A stretch of 20,000 bases of DNA from Toensbergia leucococca (taxonomy: Eukaryota), in NCBI GenBank assembly GCA_022813965.1, contig JALDZS010000051.1, positions 112,943 through 132,942 on the forward strand, given 5' to 3'. Position numbers and translations under genes: made by a program. Positions 1 through 10,146 of the stretch are shown piece by piece; the first letter of the stretch is position 1, and every line of letters begins with the position of its first letter. Below the pieces are notes generated by a model, which worked only from the letters and a program-made list of their open reading frames with translations, made no database searches and was not told where the DNA came from.

Positions 1-357
1 GGTTAGGGTAGCCTATCCTGAGCGCTTCAACGGTGACTGACGAAGAAGAGGCAGTGATCCAGGTGATCTCTGCATTGGTCATATTCAGATCCTCACCAAC
101 GAACGAAGTAATGACAGTGGTAGACCCAATAAGAAAAGAGCTCATAGAAACTGCCATTGTCGTGGTCAAGACAAAGAGCACTGTAATCATTATTATGTGT
201 ATACGGCCCTCACTGATAAGATATATTGACCTTCCTGCACTGTGGACTTGAAGCAGGCGGGTCGGCCATTGCCATCTGACTGGAGCATTGTGGTGACGCT
301 GGTGGCCGCAGAGCTTTTTTCAGCATCATCTCGATCACGATTAGCATTGTTGAGCAT
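1..357 (-). CDS. MFS transporter (fungal DHA2/drug-resistance-like), 5' part only. Exon1 357-231, intron 230-181, exon2 180-42; next intron starts at 41 and runs off the window
   Basis: Manual spliced translation: MLNNANRDRDDAEKSSAATSVTTMLQSDGNGRPACFKSTVQE|VLFVLTTTMAVSMSSFLIGSTTVITSFVGEDLNMTNAEITWITASS. The RPACF..QEVLFVL-TM1-loop-'ITW' pattern is typical of fungal MFS drug transporter N-termini. The 50-nt intron GTCAAT...TTACAG keeps frame. A second donor GTCAGT is at 41, with a CTAAC branch point at 6-2. Not in the ORF track. Confidence 0.8.
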
Positions 358-522
358 CTTAATATCTTAATGCAACAATGACTGTTGAGAGTGAAAAAAA
401 ATTAAAAAAAGTCGGAGAATAAAATCTCATAACGCTTGGAGAGAGGGGACGTCATATAATTGCCGATGTATCCTATCTGCCGAACTACCGAAGCAGCTAG
501 ATAATCCTTCTGCTCTAAGCAT

Positions 523-543
523 GGTACGAGGGTACGAGGGTAC
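523..543 (+). repeat. Short tandem repeat (GGTACGAG)x2.6
   Basis: GGTACGAG GGTACGAG GGTAC read directly from the sequence. Confidence 0.7.
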
Positions 544-784
544 CTATATTGATGGAATTGCGGGGTCTGTCTCCAAAGTGTGCTGCATTGCTGTGTTACT
601 TCTTTCCCGAAAGTTGCTGGGTTGGGTAAATAACTCATTATTGGTTATGTATTAGGTGCGCTGGCAGAACATCCATTGGCTCTCGTAGCGTGGGACGGAG
701 CTCGAATCCTTACCCTCCTTAGGTTGGATATCCTCTGAGTACTCTTAGATCGATAATCAATCATTTTCAAGTCACACACAATCC

Positions 785-1963
785 TCAGAGTTTCCAAGTT
801 TCCCAGCCCCTGGGAACAATCTGTCTTAACACACCGCCTAGATTGCCCTGAACCTCCTTCCCGTCCTTCCACTTTTTGGCACCCGCGTAATGTTTGACAA
901 AGCCATCCGGGCCAGAGATCAGTATTACCCTTTTGCCTGGAACATCATCCTGTGGTCCACTTGGAGTTTGGATTGATGATGTACGGACATGTTGGAAGCA
1001 GTCCCTCAGAGTCTTCTCCGTAATATAGACTTGTTTCTCATCGACAAAGTAGTCGACTTTGAAATGGCCATGATGTCTGGTGCTTAGAGACTCCAGCTCA
1101 TTCACCAACGTATTCCGAGGTGAATCCGTTGGCGAGTCTCTGTTGAGTGGCCTTTCTGCGGACCCGAAGACGCTGCTCCAGAGGCTTGATAATTTAGTAC
1201 GAGTACTCTGAGGCTCCTTCAATCCTCCTAAACAATCTTCCGTACTCCTGTTTGCCCATAAAATATGGATCTTTGGTTTTGAGCTACTATCTCTCCCTCG
1301 GTAGTGGAATAGCGTATATGCAAGCTGCAGTGCTGGTACAATTCCAGTGCCGCCGGCAAGGAATACTACCTCTGCCACGTCTTCTGGTATTTCATACTCT
1401 ATGTGTGGGCCACGAATATCAACCACTGCGCCTTTTGAAAGTCTATGGAGGTATCCAGAAACCTCTCCGGCTGGTTCTCGACGAATGAGAAAACGGAGGT
1501 GGTCGGTCTCTATACTGTTGCCTTTGGCGGATTGAAGCGGAGGAACAGGCGTGTAAGACCTTGCTATTTGAAGTTGAGGCTGCTTTACCTGAACACTCCA
1601 GATGCCAGTTTTCCAAGCCTTCTGGTACGGAGTGTCACTTTTACAGCTTGATGGTTGCTGAAGAGTAAAAATACTGCTCGTTTGGGAAACGCGTTCCTTA
1701 GCAACAAGTATGAAAGAGGAGAAAGTCTCGGGGTCCAAAGGATATTTTGGGGATTTGTGGTACAGATAAATTGCTCCAAACGATGCAGAACTAAAAGCCA
1801 TACCGAATATTACAAGCCATGGGATTGTCCTTTTATCATTAAGTGAAGAACTTCCCCGGGGCGACTTCTCGTGACGGAGGAAGGATAGAGATTGTCTTGG
1901 GAAGCGGGTTGCTGTATGGGGCTGTAGCTGACATCTTGTTTGCGATCGAACAAGGTTTTTCAT
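785..1963 (-). CDS. CYC2: Cyc2-like mitochondrial flavoprotein (ferredoxin-NADP reductase/cytochrome b5 reductase family), 392 aa, intronless
   Basis: Basic/hydroxylated N-terminus followed by a hydrophobic anchor (IPWLVIFGMAFSSASFGAIYLY). FAD-binding motif QPQLQIARSYTP, GEVSGYLH, RGP, NAD(P) motif FLAGGTGIVP, SGPDGF, and the C-terminal QGNLGGVL..GWETWKL typical of fungal Cyc2 homologues. Confidence 0.8.
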   Translation of the reverse strand: MKNLVRSQTRCQLQPHTATRFPRQSLSFLRHEKSPRGSSSLNDKRTIPWLVIFGMAFSSASFGAIYLYHKSPKYPLDPETFSSFILVAKERVSQTSSIFTLQQPSSCKSDTPYQKAWKTGIWSVQVKQPQLQIARSYTPVPPLQSAKGNSIETDHLRFLIRREPAGEVSGYLHRLSKGAVVDIRGPHIEYEIPEDVAEVVFLAGGTGIVPALQLAYTLFHYRGRDSSSKPKIHILWANRSTEDCLGGLKEPQSTRTKLSSLWSSVFGSAERPLNRDSPTDSPRNTLVNELESLSTRHHGHFKVDYFVDEKQVYITEKTLRDCFQHVRTSSIQTPSGPQDDVPGKRVILISGPDGFVKHYAGAKKWKDGKEVQGNLGGVLRQIVPRGWETWKL

Positions 1964-2317
1964 TTATCAGCATCGAGTCAGGATTGCAAAGAACCGTAGC
2001 CTGAGATATGAATTATGTTACTGGAATAAGAACTTAATCATCTCATCTCAAGAGAAGCTGTGCCAGCTGCGAGTGCGATCGATAGTCATTTCTTGGGCGC
2101 GAGGGCGCTAAGCCGAAGGCGGCATCGAGGATGATTCGATTTCCCCATGCTGTTCAGCCCTACCGAGTGTTCTAACAAACGTTCCAATATCACTCCGTAT
2201 GATTATTCTACAAATACCTATTTCCTCCTGTATTGCTGGCCTCTCTGATTGAAAGTAGCATCGGCATAACAACTTAACAGATCATGGCTTCGAGCATAAC
2301 GTGAACAAAAGCCAATA

Positions 2318-4219
2318 ATGTCACGCCTTGGCTATACAACTTTACCCGCACCATCTTCTCCTCTCCGAGATCGAGATTCCCTCGAGCTTGCGTCTCTTGC
2401 CTCCTCCACCCCAAGCCCATCGCGAGGCTCCAGGTCTTCTTCCCTTTCTGGCGTCTCCTCGTCCCGCAAAGCCTCCCTCTCCAACGATGATCCTTTATCA
2501 GCTTCCAACCCGGCCTCCATGAATCGGCCAACACCTCACAATCGCTCCTACTCCATCACTTCCGCATTCGATTTCGCCTCCAACCTATTCCCTCTCTCTT
2601 CCACTGCAGCTAATTATACCGCTTTGGGTGGCCCGTCGGGCCCCTTAGACCTCAATATCGCATCCCTCGAGAAGCATAAGTCACTCACGTACTTGAACGG
2701 TCTCTCCTTAATTGTTGGCACCATAATCGGCTCCGGGATATTTTCTTCTCCAAGTCAGGTGAATAGCAACGCAGGCTCTTCTGGAGCATCTCTGGTGGTC
2801 TGGACTGTTGCCGGAATATTGGCCTGGACTGGAGCAGCGAGTTATGCGGAGCTGGGGTCCGCTATCCCGCTGAACGGGGGCGCACAGGTGTACTTGACAA
2901 AGATATTCGGGGAGCTGGCTGGCTTTTTGTTCACCTGGGTCGCTGTCTTTGTGCTCAAGCCTGGTTCTGCAGCAATACTTTCAATTATCTTCGGACAATA
3001 TGCAGTGCGTGCTGTAATAGGAGCAGAGGTGGAAGATGTAAGCGGATGGATAAACAAAGGAGTCGCCTTAGGGGGGATTTCCTTGGTCATAATTTTGAAC
3101 TGTATTTCTACAAAGCTGGGGACCCGTATGGGAGACATGTTCATGTTTCTCAAATTTGCTGCCTTGCTAGGTATCACGGTCGTGGGCATTGTTGTGGCAG
3201 TCACAGGCTTTACATGGCAAGGCAATGCAAACACGGACTGGAAAACAAAAGGGTGGTTCGAGGGCACGAGTTCTGACCTCTCAAGCTGGGCCGTAGCACT
3301 CTATGGCGGGCTTTGGGCCTTCGATGGCTGGGACAACGTACGTCCCCTTTTCCCTCCACTACTCCTTTCAGATCTTGTATCGTGACTGTTTATTGACTAT
3401 GTCCCTCAGACCAACTACGTAGTAGGCGAATTCCTCTTCCCAAATCGTGACCTCCCCCGTGTGATTCACACCGCTATGCCACTTGTAATCCTCTCCTACC
3501 TCCTCGCCAACATCGCCTACATCTTCGTGCTCCCAGCGTCCATCCTCGAAAGTTCTAATGCCATCGCAGTCCAGTTCGGATCCGTTGTCTTTGGTCCCCT
3601 CGGCTCACTCATTCTGGCCATAATCGTGGTCTTAAGTTGCTTTGGCGGCTTGAACGCTACAACATTTACCTCCGGCCGCCTTGTATACGCAGCGGGCCAA
3701 GAAGGCTTTCTCCCTGGCATGTTTGGCCGCATTGGAATGCCTGGCTCAGAGGGCTCAGGCAGCCGTTTACGCAAGCGTTCTTGGGCCCATAAACGCATAG
3801 CGCGGCTCATTGGTGATGAAGAAGCTGGATTAGGCTTCACACCCATCAACGCGATGGTATTTAATGGCATCCTCTGCGCCCTTTACATCATCGTTGGCGA
3901 ATTCGATACTTTAGTAACCTTCTACGGCGTTGCGGGTTACACATTTTATTTCCTCACCGTTCTCGGTCTTATCGTATTGAGGGTCCGGGAGCCATATTTG
4001 GAGAGACCGTATCGGACTTGGATCAGCACGCCGATTATCTTTTGCTGTGTTAGTCTTTTTTTGTTGAGTCGAGCTGTCTTTGCGCAGCCGATGCAGACAC
4101 TTATTGTTGTGGGGTTCGTGGGTGCGGGTGTGCCGGTTTATTACTTGTGGGTTCGCGGGAGAGGTGGGAGGAGGAAATTAGAGGGACGGGGGTGGAGATT
4201 TTGGAGGAGAGTTGGTTAG
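2318..4219 (+). CDS. APC-superfamily L-type amino acid (LAT/Mup-like) permease. Exons 2318-3337 and 3410-4219; 609 aa
   Basis: Motifs GTIIGSGIFSSP, ASYAELGSAIPLNGG, GLWAFDGWDN|TNYVVGE, RPYRTW, plus many hydrophobic helices. The 72-nt phase-0 intron GTACGT...CTCAG (3338-3409) joins ORFs 2318-3385 and 3461-4219 in frame. Confidence 0.93.
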
Positions 4220-4280
4220 CGGAACACTGTGGCTGGACGAGACAATTGTAGATAGGGAGGATTGGATGATACCCATTGCG

Positions 4281-4293
4281 TATACATATATAT
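4281..4293. terminator. TA-rich element (TATACATATATAT), candidate bidirectional 3'-end formation signal
   Basis: Lies in the 97-bp gap between the convergent stop codons of the permease and MTQ1; resembles yeast TATATA efficiency elements. Confidence 0.4.
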
Positions 4294-4316
4294 TTTGCCT
4301 ATTAAGCCAACGTTGG

Positions 4317-5402
4317 CTAGATCGCAGACACGGATGTTTCCTCAATCTTCTTAAATATAGTCCTCCCCCACGCACTTCTCCGCAGAACAACTGCCCTCCC
4401 GTTTCCCTCTCCAACAACTCTCACCTTCGAGCCTCCAACCTTGAAATGCTCCCATTCCCCAGACGTCCCTCCGTCCGGCCAATCTTTCCATATCTCGCAT
4501 CCCTCCCACCAGCGACTGCGAGTTGCCATCCAAATAACCCTTTGCGCCTGCTCTGTATCCGCCACCTCCAACCACACAACCTTCGCCTTCACTTCCTCTG
4601 CAATCTTCAGCAATCGCGGATAAAACTCATCGCCCTTGGCGGCGTCCGCCTCATCATCTCCCCTTCCTACAACGGAAGCACGGTGATTCTCGCCCGGCAC
4701 AAGCGCCAGCTTCGGTTCCCAATTGCGCACCGATCGCGATGTGTCCCTTTCATATCCCCTCGGAGACACATACGGCGGATTCGAAACTAGCACATCCCAC
4801 TCTCCTCGCCCTGCGAAGGTCTCCGCATTAAAGATGTCTGCGCACTCAAACTTAATCTGTTGCGCTGTGCTGGAAAAGATGTTTTCCTCGCGGATGTTGT
4901 GACGGAGGTTTTGGGAGGCGAGGGAGATGGCTTGGGGGGAGATGTCAAGAGCGTGGATGTTTAGGGAGGGGATGCACGGGGATAGGAGGGCGGACAGCAG
5001 GAGTGGGATGCAGCCTGTGCCGGTGCAGAGGTCAAGGATGCGTAAGGGATTTGGGGATAAGGGCGGGATGGAGGCCGCGAGGAGGGCAGCGAGATGAGTG
5101 ACATGGGCTTCAGTCTCTGGACGCGGAATCAGAACGCCCGGCTTGCAGAGTATTTCAAGGTCTCCGAACGGTTGTGTCCCGAGTATGTACTGCAGCGGCT
5201 TTCCGCGCCGGCGCTCGTGGCAGAGGTGGCCCAGGTAGGCGGAGGGGAACTTTTGGGGGTGCGGGTGTGCGAGGGTGTGTTGGCGCAGCCAGCGTAGTTC
5301 GTTGAGGGCGGAGGAGAGAGTGCGGCATGGGGGGAGAAGGAGTGGGAGGAGATGATGAATTTTAGAGGCGCGGTGGAATAAAGGACGGGGGAGGCGGGGC
5401 AT
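4317..5402 (-). CDS. MTQ1: Mitochondrial release-factor N5-glutamine methyltransferase (HemK/PrmC family), 361 aa, intronless
   Basis: PLQYILGTQPFGDL, VLIPRPETE, SAM-binding ILDLCTGTGCI, catalytic SNPPY and WEPKLAL motifs; Arg/Leu-rich presequence-like N-terminus. Confidence 0.9.
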   Translation of the reverse strand: MPRLPRPLFHRASKIHHLLPLLLPPCRTLSSALNELRWLRQHTLAHPHPQKFPSAYLGHLCHERRRGKPLQYILGTQPFGDLEILCKPGVLIPRPETEAHVTHLAALLAASIPPLSPNPLRILDLCTGTGCIPLLLSALLSPCIPSLNIHALDISPQAISLASQNLRHNIREENIFSSTAQQIKFECADIFNAETFAGRGEWDVLVSNPPYVSPRGYERDTSRSVRNWEPKLALVPGENHRASVVGRGDDEADAAKGDEFYPRLLKIAEEVKAKVVWLEVADTEQAQRVIWMATRSRWWEGCEIWKDWPDGGTSGEWEHFKVGGSKVRVVGEGNGRAVVLRRSAWGRTIFKKIEETSVSAI

Positions 5403-5641
5403 TCATGCCTTTTTGGTTTAGGGGCACTCGGAGCAGGAATTGAGTGGGGTTTCCTGCTTGTGATAGGCCCTTAGAAATGAGAATCAGGAGTTAGAAAGGC
5501 TCGGGAGGCCATCTTTTTCATATTCTACCATGGAGTCAAGCTGTAAGCGAGGCTTATTCTAGCTTCCGCTCCGCGCCCTTCAATTGTAGAGCCACTCCTC
5601 GACCTCGTCAATTCCTTCATTCTTCAAGCCAAGCCTCAGGC
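5403..5641. promoter_or_regulatory. Probable bidirectional promoter region shared by MTQ1 and COG1
   Basis: 239 bp between divergent start codons; inferred from geometry only. Confidence 0.5.
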
Positions 5642-8135
5642 ATGGCTGTCGAAGCTCCAGATCCCAAGACCTTTGGGTCATGGGAGGAGGCCTTCCAATT
5701 TCCTGTCATCACGACTCGACAAATGGAGCGGCAGCTCCGAAGCGACATCGACTCGAATCGAGAAAGATTGAGGACAGTGGTTGGGTATGAACATCTGGTC
5801 AATTCACAAATTGTCCGTTCTGATGTTGTAGTGTCTGGCTGATGGCTAGATGACTTACCAGGGCAAGCTATCGTGACCTTCTTGGTACAGCGGAATCCAT
5901 TATCGAGATGGACGGGCAGATGCAGGAGGTGGAAACATTGCTGGGCGGGCTGGGCAGGAGGTGTAACACTAGACTACTGGAGAAGAAAGAACAGAATCTT
6001 CGGAGATGGGAAGAGAACATCAAAGCTAAAGGTACAGTCCCATACTCAGTGGTTGAGGCTCAGCAATGTGGAAGACAGGACCTCACAAGATTCTGGCAGA
6101 TAGTGAGCGAGACGCTTTTGCATCACAGCTTGCTGTCCTCCGCAGCTGCCCTGAGGTCATCTCTAGGCTCTTAAAGAAGGGCACACCAGTTTTGCTGGCG
6201 GCAAAAGTACTGGTGATTTCTAGATTGCTGCACAAAAAATTGACGCAGCATCCAAATGCCTGTCCATACCTAGAAACCTTGCGCACTCGATTGGCTACAC
6301 TTCGCCGAAGATTACTTGCTAGTATCGACAAGCGCTTCGAGAAATTAGACATATCCTCAGAAGGACTGCTAGAAGGAATGTGTTCCTTTTCTCTTGCAAC
6401 AAGTTCATCGCCTACGGATGTACTTCGGCATTTTCTTCATGTCCGGCTTGAGGCTATGTCTCGACAGTCTAGAAGGCAGGGAAGTAACCGTGAGAATATA
6501 CTCTGTACCCTACGACTCTATGTAAGAACTCTACAGGACACTAAAGCTATTATCCCAGAAGAGCTTGCCGCTGCACTAGGAAAACTAAAGTCCACTCCTA
6601 TTTTTCGAAGTCAGGATTTGTATTCTCTCCCAGAGCTTAATCTGGATGTCCATGAACGCTGGATAGTGGGCGATATCAAGCTATTCACGCCGTACGTTCA
6701 GCATGACGGCCTTCAAACATCCGAGGCGCAGGCGTTACTTGGTCAATGGGCCAAGCTGGCCTTTTCGACCTTAAGGAATGGTCTTCAGAGCCTGCTTGAA
6801 GAGCTCAGTGACCCCTTAACGATTGTGGGCCTGCGGAAACAAATGCTCGATTTCTGGCTGTCAAAACATCGTCATTTGCCGGGAGTCGAAGCGTTCGTGG
6901 TCCTCGATGGCCTTCGAGATACATTCAATGACCGTTTCGTGAGTCTCATCCAAGACCTGTCAAAGATCTTAAATCATATTGGTTCAACCATCGAAATCAC
7001 TTTGCGTGACTGGCAAAACAACGTTTCTGATTTGATGCCGTCTCTGTGGGATCTTGAACTGACTTCCATGGGAACAGTCAAAGGAGGCAAGGCATTCAGG
7101 GAAGCTCTCGTCACTAGAAATTATGGTAAAAATAATAATATACAGATCATTTCGCGTCAATATACAAGTTGGCTTGGCAGGATTGAAGTCTTCGAGGATG
7201 TGATCAAGAAATTGAAGGAAACAAGATGGGAAGATGGTATCGATGATATTGAGGACGACGATGACGGCTTGGATAATAAACAGATCTTGCTTAGCGAGGA
7301 TGATCCACGAGTACTGCAAGAACAAATTTCAAGATCGCTTGATACAGCGTTCTCCGTGCTAGAGGACTCGATAAATCAATATGCCCTCGATTTAGATGGA
7401 GCTGATGGGGGACAGAAAGCAGTCTATCTACTTCGTGTCCTAAGAGAATTTCGGCAACACATGCCCAAAAGCTGTCGGAATGTTAAGGTCGGGCTAGGCT
7501 CAGTGCATAAGCTGCATCAAGTCGTCTCGGACGCAGCAATCGAAGGACCATGGGTAAGCTGCAAACAGGCAGTTACCAAATCAATTCAGAGGAAGAAGCT
7601 ACCAGGCCGGCCGCTTTGGGAGGGTGATCCGGAATTGCCTGTTCTGCCTTCCCCATGGGCTTTCAAGCTGTTGCAGGATGTTGTATCGTCCATGGGAGGG
7701 TTCGGCAGCGATGTTTGGAGTCCACACGCTACTGTTGTCCTCAAGAGTCGACTTCGAGTGAGCTTGGCAACTACCATCAGGATTGGGCTACAAGCCAATG
7801 TCACTGAGAAGATGAATGGGTATTCCCAGGACGAGTCGAAAGAGTGTACCCAAGATTTAAAGGGGCCGAACGGACACGTAGTCAATGGCGACGATGAAAT
7901 TTTGACGCCAGCAAGTCATGTGGACGATGACAAAATACAACGATACTTTGACTTATTGTATCTCGCCAACGCGACTGCGATGAAAGAGAATGATCTTGCA
8001 GGCGACGAGATGACGGAGGCGCAACGGGCAGCTCAGGAAGAGAGTGGCCTTGCTCAGGAGGCCACAAAGCGGATGGAAAGGGACGCAGAAGAGTATTGGA
8101 AGCGAACATGTTTATTATTTGCCTTGTTAGCATGA
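5642..8135 (+). CDS. COG1: Conserved oligomeric Golgi complex subunit 1 (Vps51/Vps67 N-terminal domain). Exons 5642-5784, 5862-6031, 6100-8135; 782 aa
   Basis: The spliced N-terminus gives RERLRTVVG|ASYRDLLGTAESIIEM, the Vps51/COG1 signature. Introns 5785-5861 (GTATGA..CCAG) and 6032-6099 (GTACAG..GCAG) keep frame. Contains LWEG.PELPVLPSP and the C-terminal EYWKRT.LLFALL typical of fungal Cog1. Confidence 0.88.
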
Positions 8136-8308
8136 CCATCTAGATACCCATCGAATCGAGTATTGCTTCTTCTTGTTCTTCGGAATCCATGAGCTATGAC
8201 AATTATATAGCAGATCTCGTGACGTTGATTTAGAATACCGAGACTGGGACCTCTCATCACTTCACTACAATGATTGACTGAACAAATCCATCTTCATACC
8301 TCTTCAAC

Positions 8309-9663
8309 ATGTCAATCAATCGATTATCATTCCTATATCCTCATCTTTTCAAGACTATACAGACATGTGAGCCTGTTGTGACAAAATCAATACGCCCCCG
8401 GCGAAAGCAATCGCAGATAAGAAGCATCAGCACCAGCAACAGTCACAGACAAGAAACCTACGCTGCTCAACGCTATGGCCCAGCTGCTCTACCTCCACCA
8501 TCCGTAGAAGGGCTAAAAGCAGCTGCGAAAGAACCCATAAAGGAACTAACAGCATCATCGCCGAAACAAGATGACAAAAAGCCCGACGAGGCACCCCGCA
8601 AAGAACCCCCCAAGTCCTCACAAGAGGCCACCTCAAATCCTACCTCCCCAAAACCGGCCTCCGAGGCCAAACCCTCCCTCGCCATTGAGCTCGACGCAAG
8701 TGAATCGCACCCTCAAGAATCGCCCGACACCACCGCGCAACAAAACATAAGCAAACCCCTAGAAACAGTTCTCCAAATGGACCCTCCAAAACCCACCATT
8801 GACGCAGACGGCCATAGATTACCCAACTTGCACGCTCCTCCCTACGTCCACCATTTCGATACTTTCACCCTAGTCCGCGACCTCGAAAAGGGCGGCTTCA
8901 CCGAACCCCAAAGCGTCACCATCATGAAAGCCGTCAGGAGCCTCTTAGCCATGAACATGGACGTAGCAAAAGAAGGCCTAGTCTCCAAATCTGACGTCGA
9001 AAATGTGAGTACTCTCTCCCCTCCCACCAAACCCTACTTCCCCCCATTTCCAAAAAACCCCCCAACAATACAAACCCCTCCCCTAACCAAAAATAAAAAA
9101 AGGAAACCTACCTCTTCCGCGCCGCCTGCTCCGAACTCCGCACCGAAATCCTCAACACCCGCAAAGCCGCCTCCCAAACCACGCGCACCCAACTCTCCCA
9201 CCTCCAACACGAACTCGACATCCTCTCCCAAAAAGCCACCCAAGACGCCCTCGCCCTAAAAGACGACCTGCGCGGCCTCCTCGACGAGCGCAAAATGGCC
9301 GCCCGCATGGCCCAGCAGGGCCGCGAGAGCGAAATCATGGAGCTGAACTACAAAATCAGCGTCGGGCTGAACAGCGACAGTAAGAGCCAGGTGGAGGGGT
9401 TGAGGTGGGTGTTGACGCGCCGGGCGGCGATGGCGATTGCGAGTATGGCGGTCTTGATACTGGGCAGTTTGCGCTATTCGACGTATCGGATTCACGTGCT
9501 GGATCAGGAACGCCGCCTTGCTGCTCCTCCTCCGACTACTACTACGGCCTCGTCGTCGACGGGCAGTGGCGGCGGAGGAGGAGGGGGGAACTTCACGGTC
9601 CCTTCCCGCGAAATGGCCACGCAGACGACGGATACGGAAGCCGTGCTTACGAATCTGGGCTAA
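8309..9663 (+). CDS. Mitochondrial DUF1640 / CCDC90-MCUR1 (Fmp32/Put6/Put7-like) coiled-coil protein. Exons 8309-9004 and 9103-9663; 418 aa
   Basis: PPYVHHFDTFTLVRDLEKGGFT..QS.TIMKAVR and SKSDVEN|ETYLFRAACSELRTEI, then a coiled coil, VEGLRWVL and a TM helix. The 98-nt intron GTGAGT..CTAAC..AAG (9005-9102) restores frame with ORF 9295-9663. The N-terminus (MSINRLSFLYPHLF) resembles a presequence. Confidence 0.88.
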
Positions 9664-10146
9664 GTAGTCGGGTTTGTGACAAAAAGGGGGACTATCTATC
9701 CTAGATTAAGGGAAATGACCCTGCGTTTTATAGATTGACGATGGGGTTTGTTTGGTAGCTCAACCTTACCCCCCCATTCTTAAAACCTACCTAGTAAAAA
9801 GAATACCGTCCTTAGAGTAGGTATGCAATTCCCATAACAGCGCCCCCCCTTTTTCCACCTCGCAAACCCATTGCATCCCGAATACTGCAAAATATGCGTT
9901 TTCTCCCCGACGTTGAAAAATAGAAAGATATCGATACCCTTTTCTTCCACATAGAATTTTTACAACAAAGAGGAAAACTAGTCCTCCTATACGAACATAC
10001 GAGCGTAAAATATTTCAAAAAGCCCGCTCATTGCTTCCCGACTTCAACCGCCTGTGCACAAACACAGCCCACAGAAAGAACCACCAAAAGAAGAAAAGAA
10101 GCGCCAGACCTCACACAACCCCCCGTGAACAAATCTCCCAACCCTC

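Noticed and set aside
1..12. GGTTAGGG at the window start resembling a telomeric TTAGGG repeat
   Set aside because: Single unit only; it is the complement of the CCCTAAC branch point of the MFS gene intron.
33..251. 72-aa plus-strand ORF
   Set aside because: Antisense shadow of the MFS transporter exons; GTG start.
4212..4790. 192-aa plus-strand ORF antisense to MTQ1
   Set aside because: Non-ATG start, no motif, and openness is explained by C-rich composition that avoids stops.
9103..9259. Pro/Lys/Ser-rich C-terminus of the 316-aa ORF as a genuine domain
   Set aside because: Wrong frame after the unspliced intron; the spliced frame gives the conserved DUF1640 sequence.
9520..9590. CCT/ACT/GGA triplet runs
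   Set aside because: Ordinary low-complexity coding microsatellites (PPPTTTT..GGGGGGG) in a variable tail.
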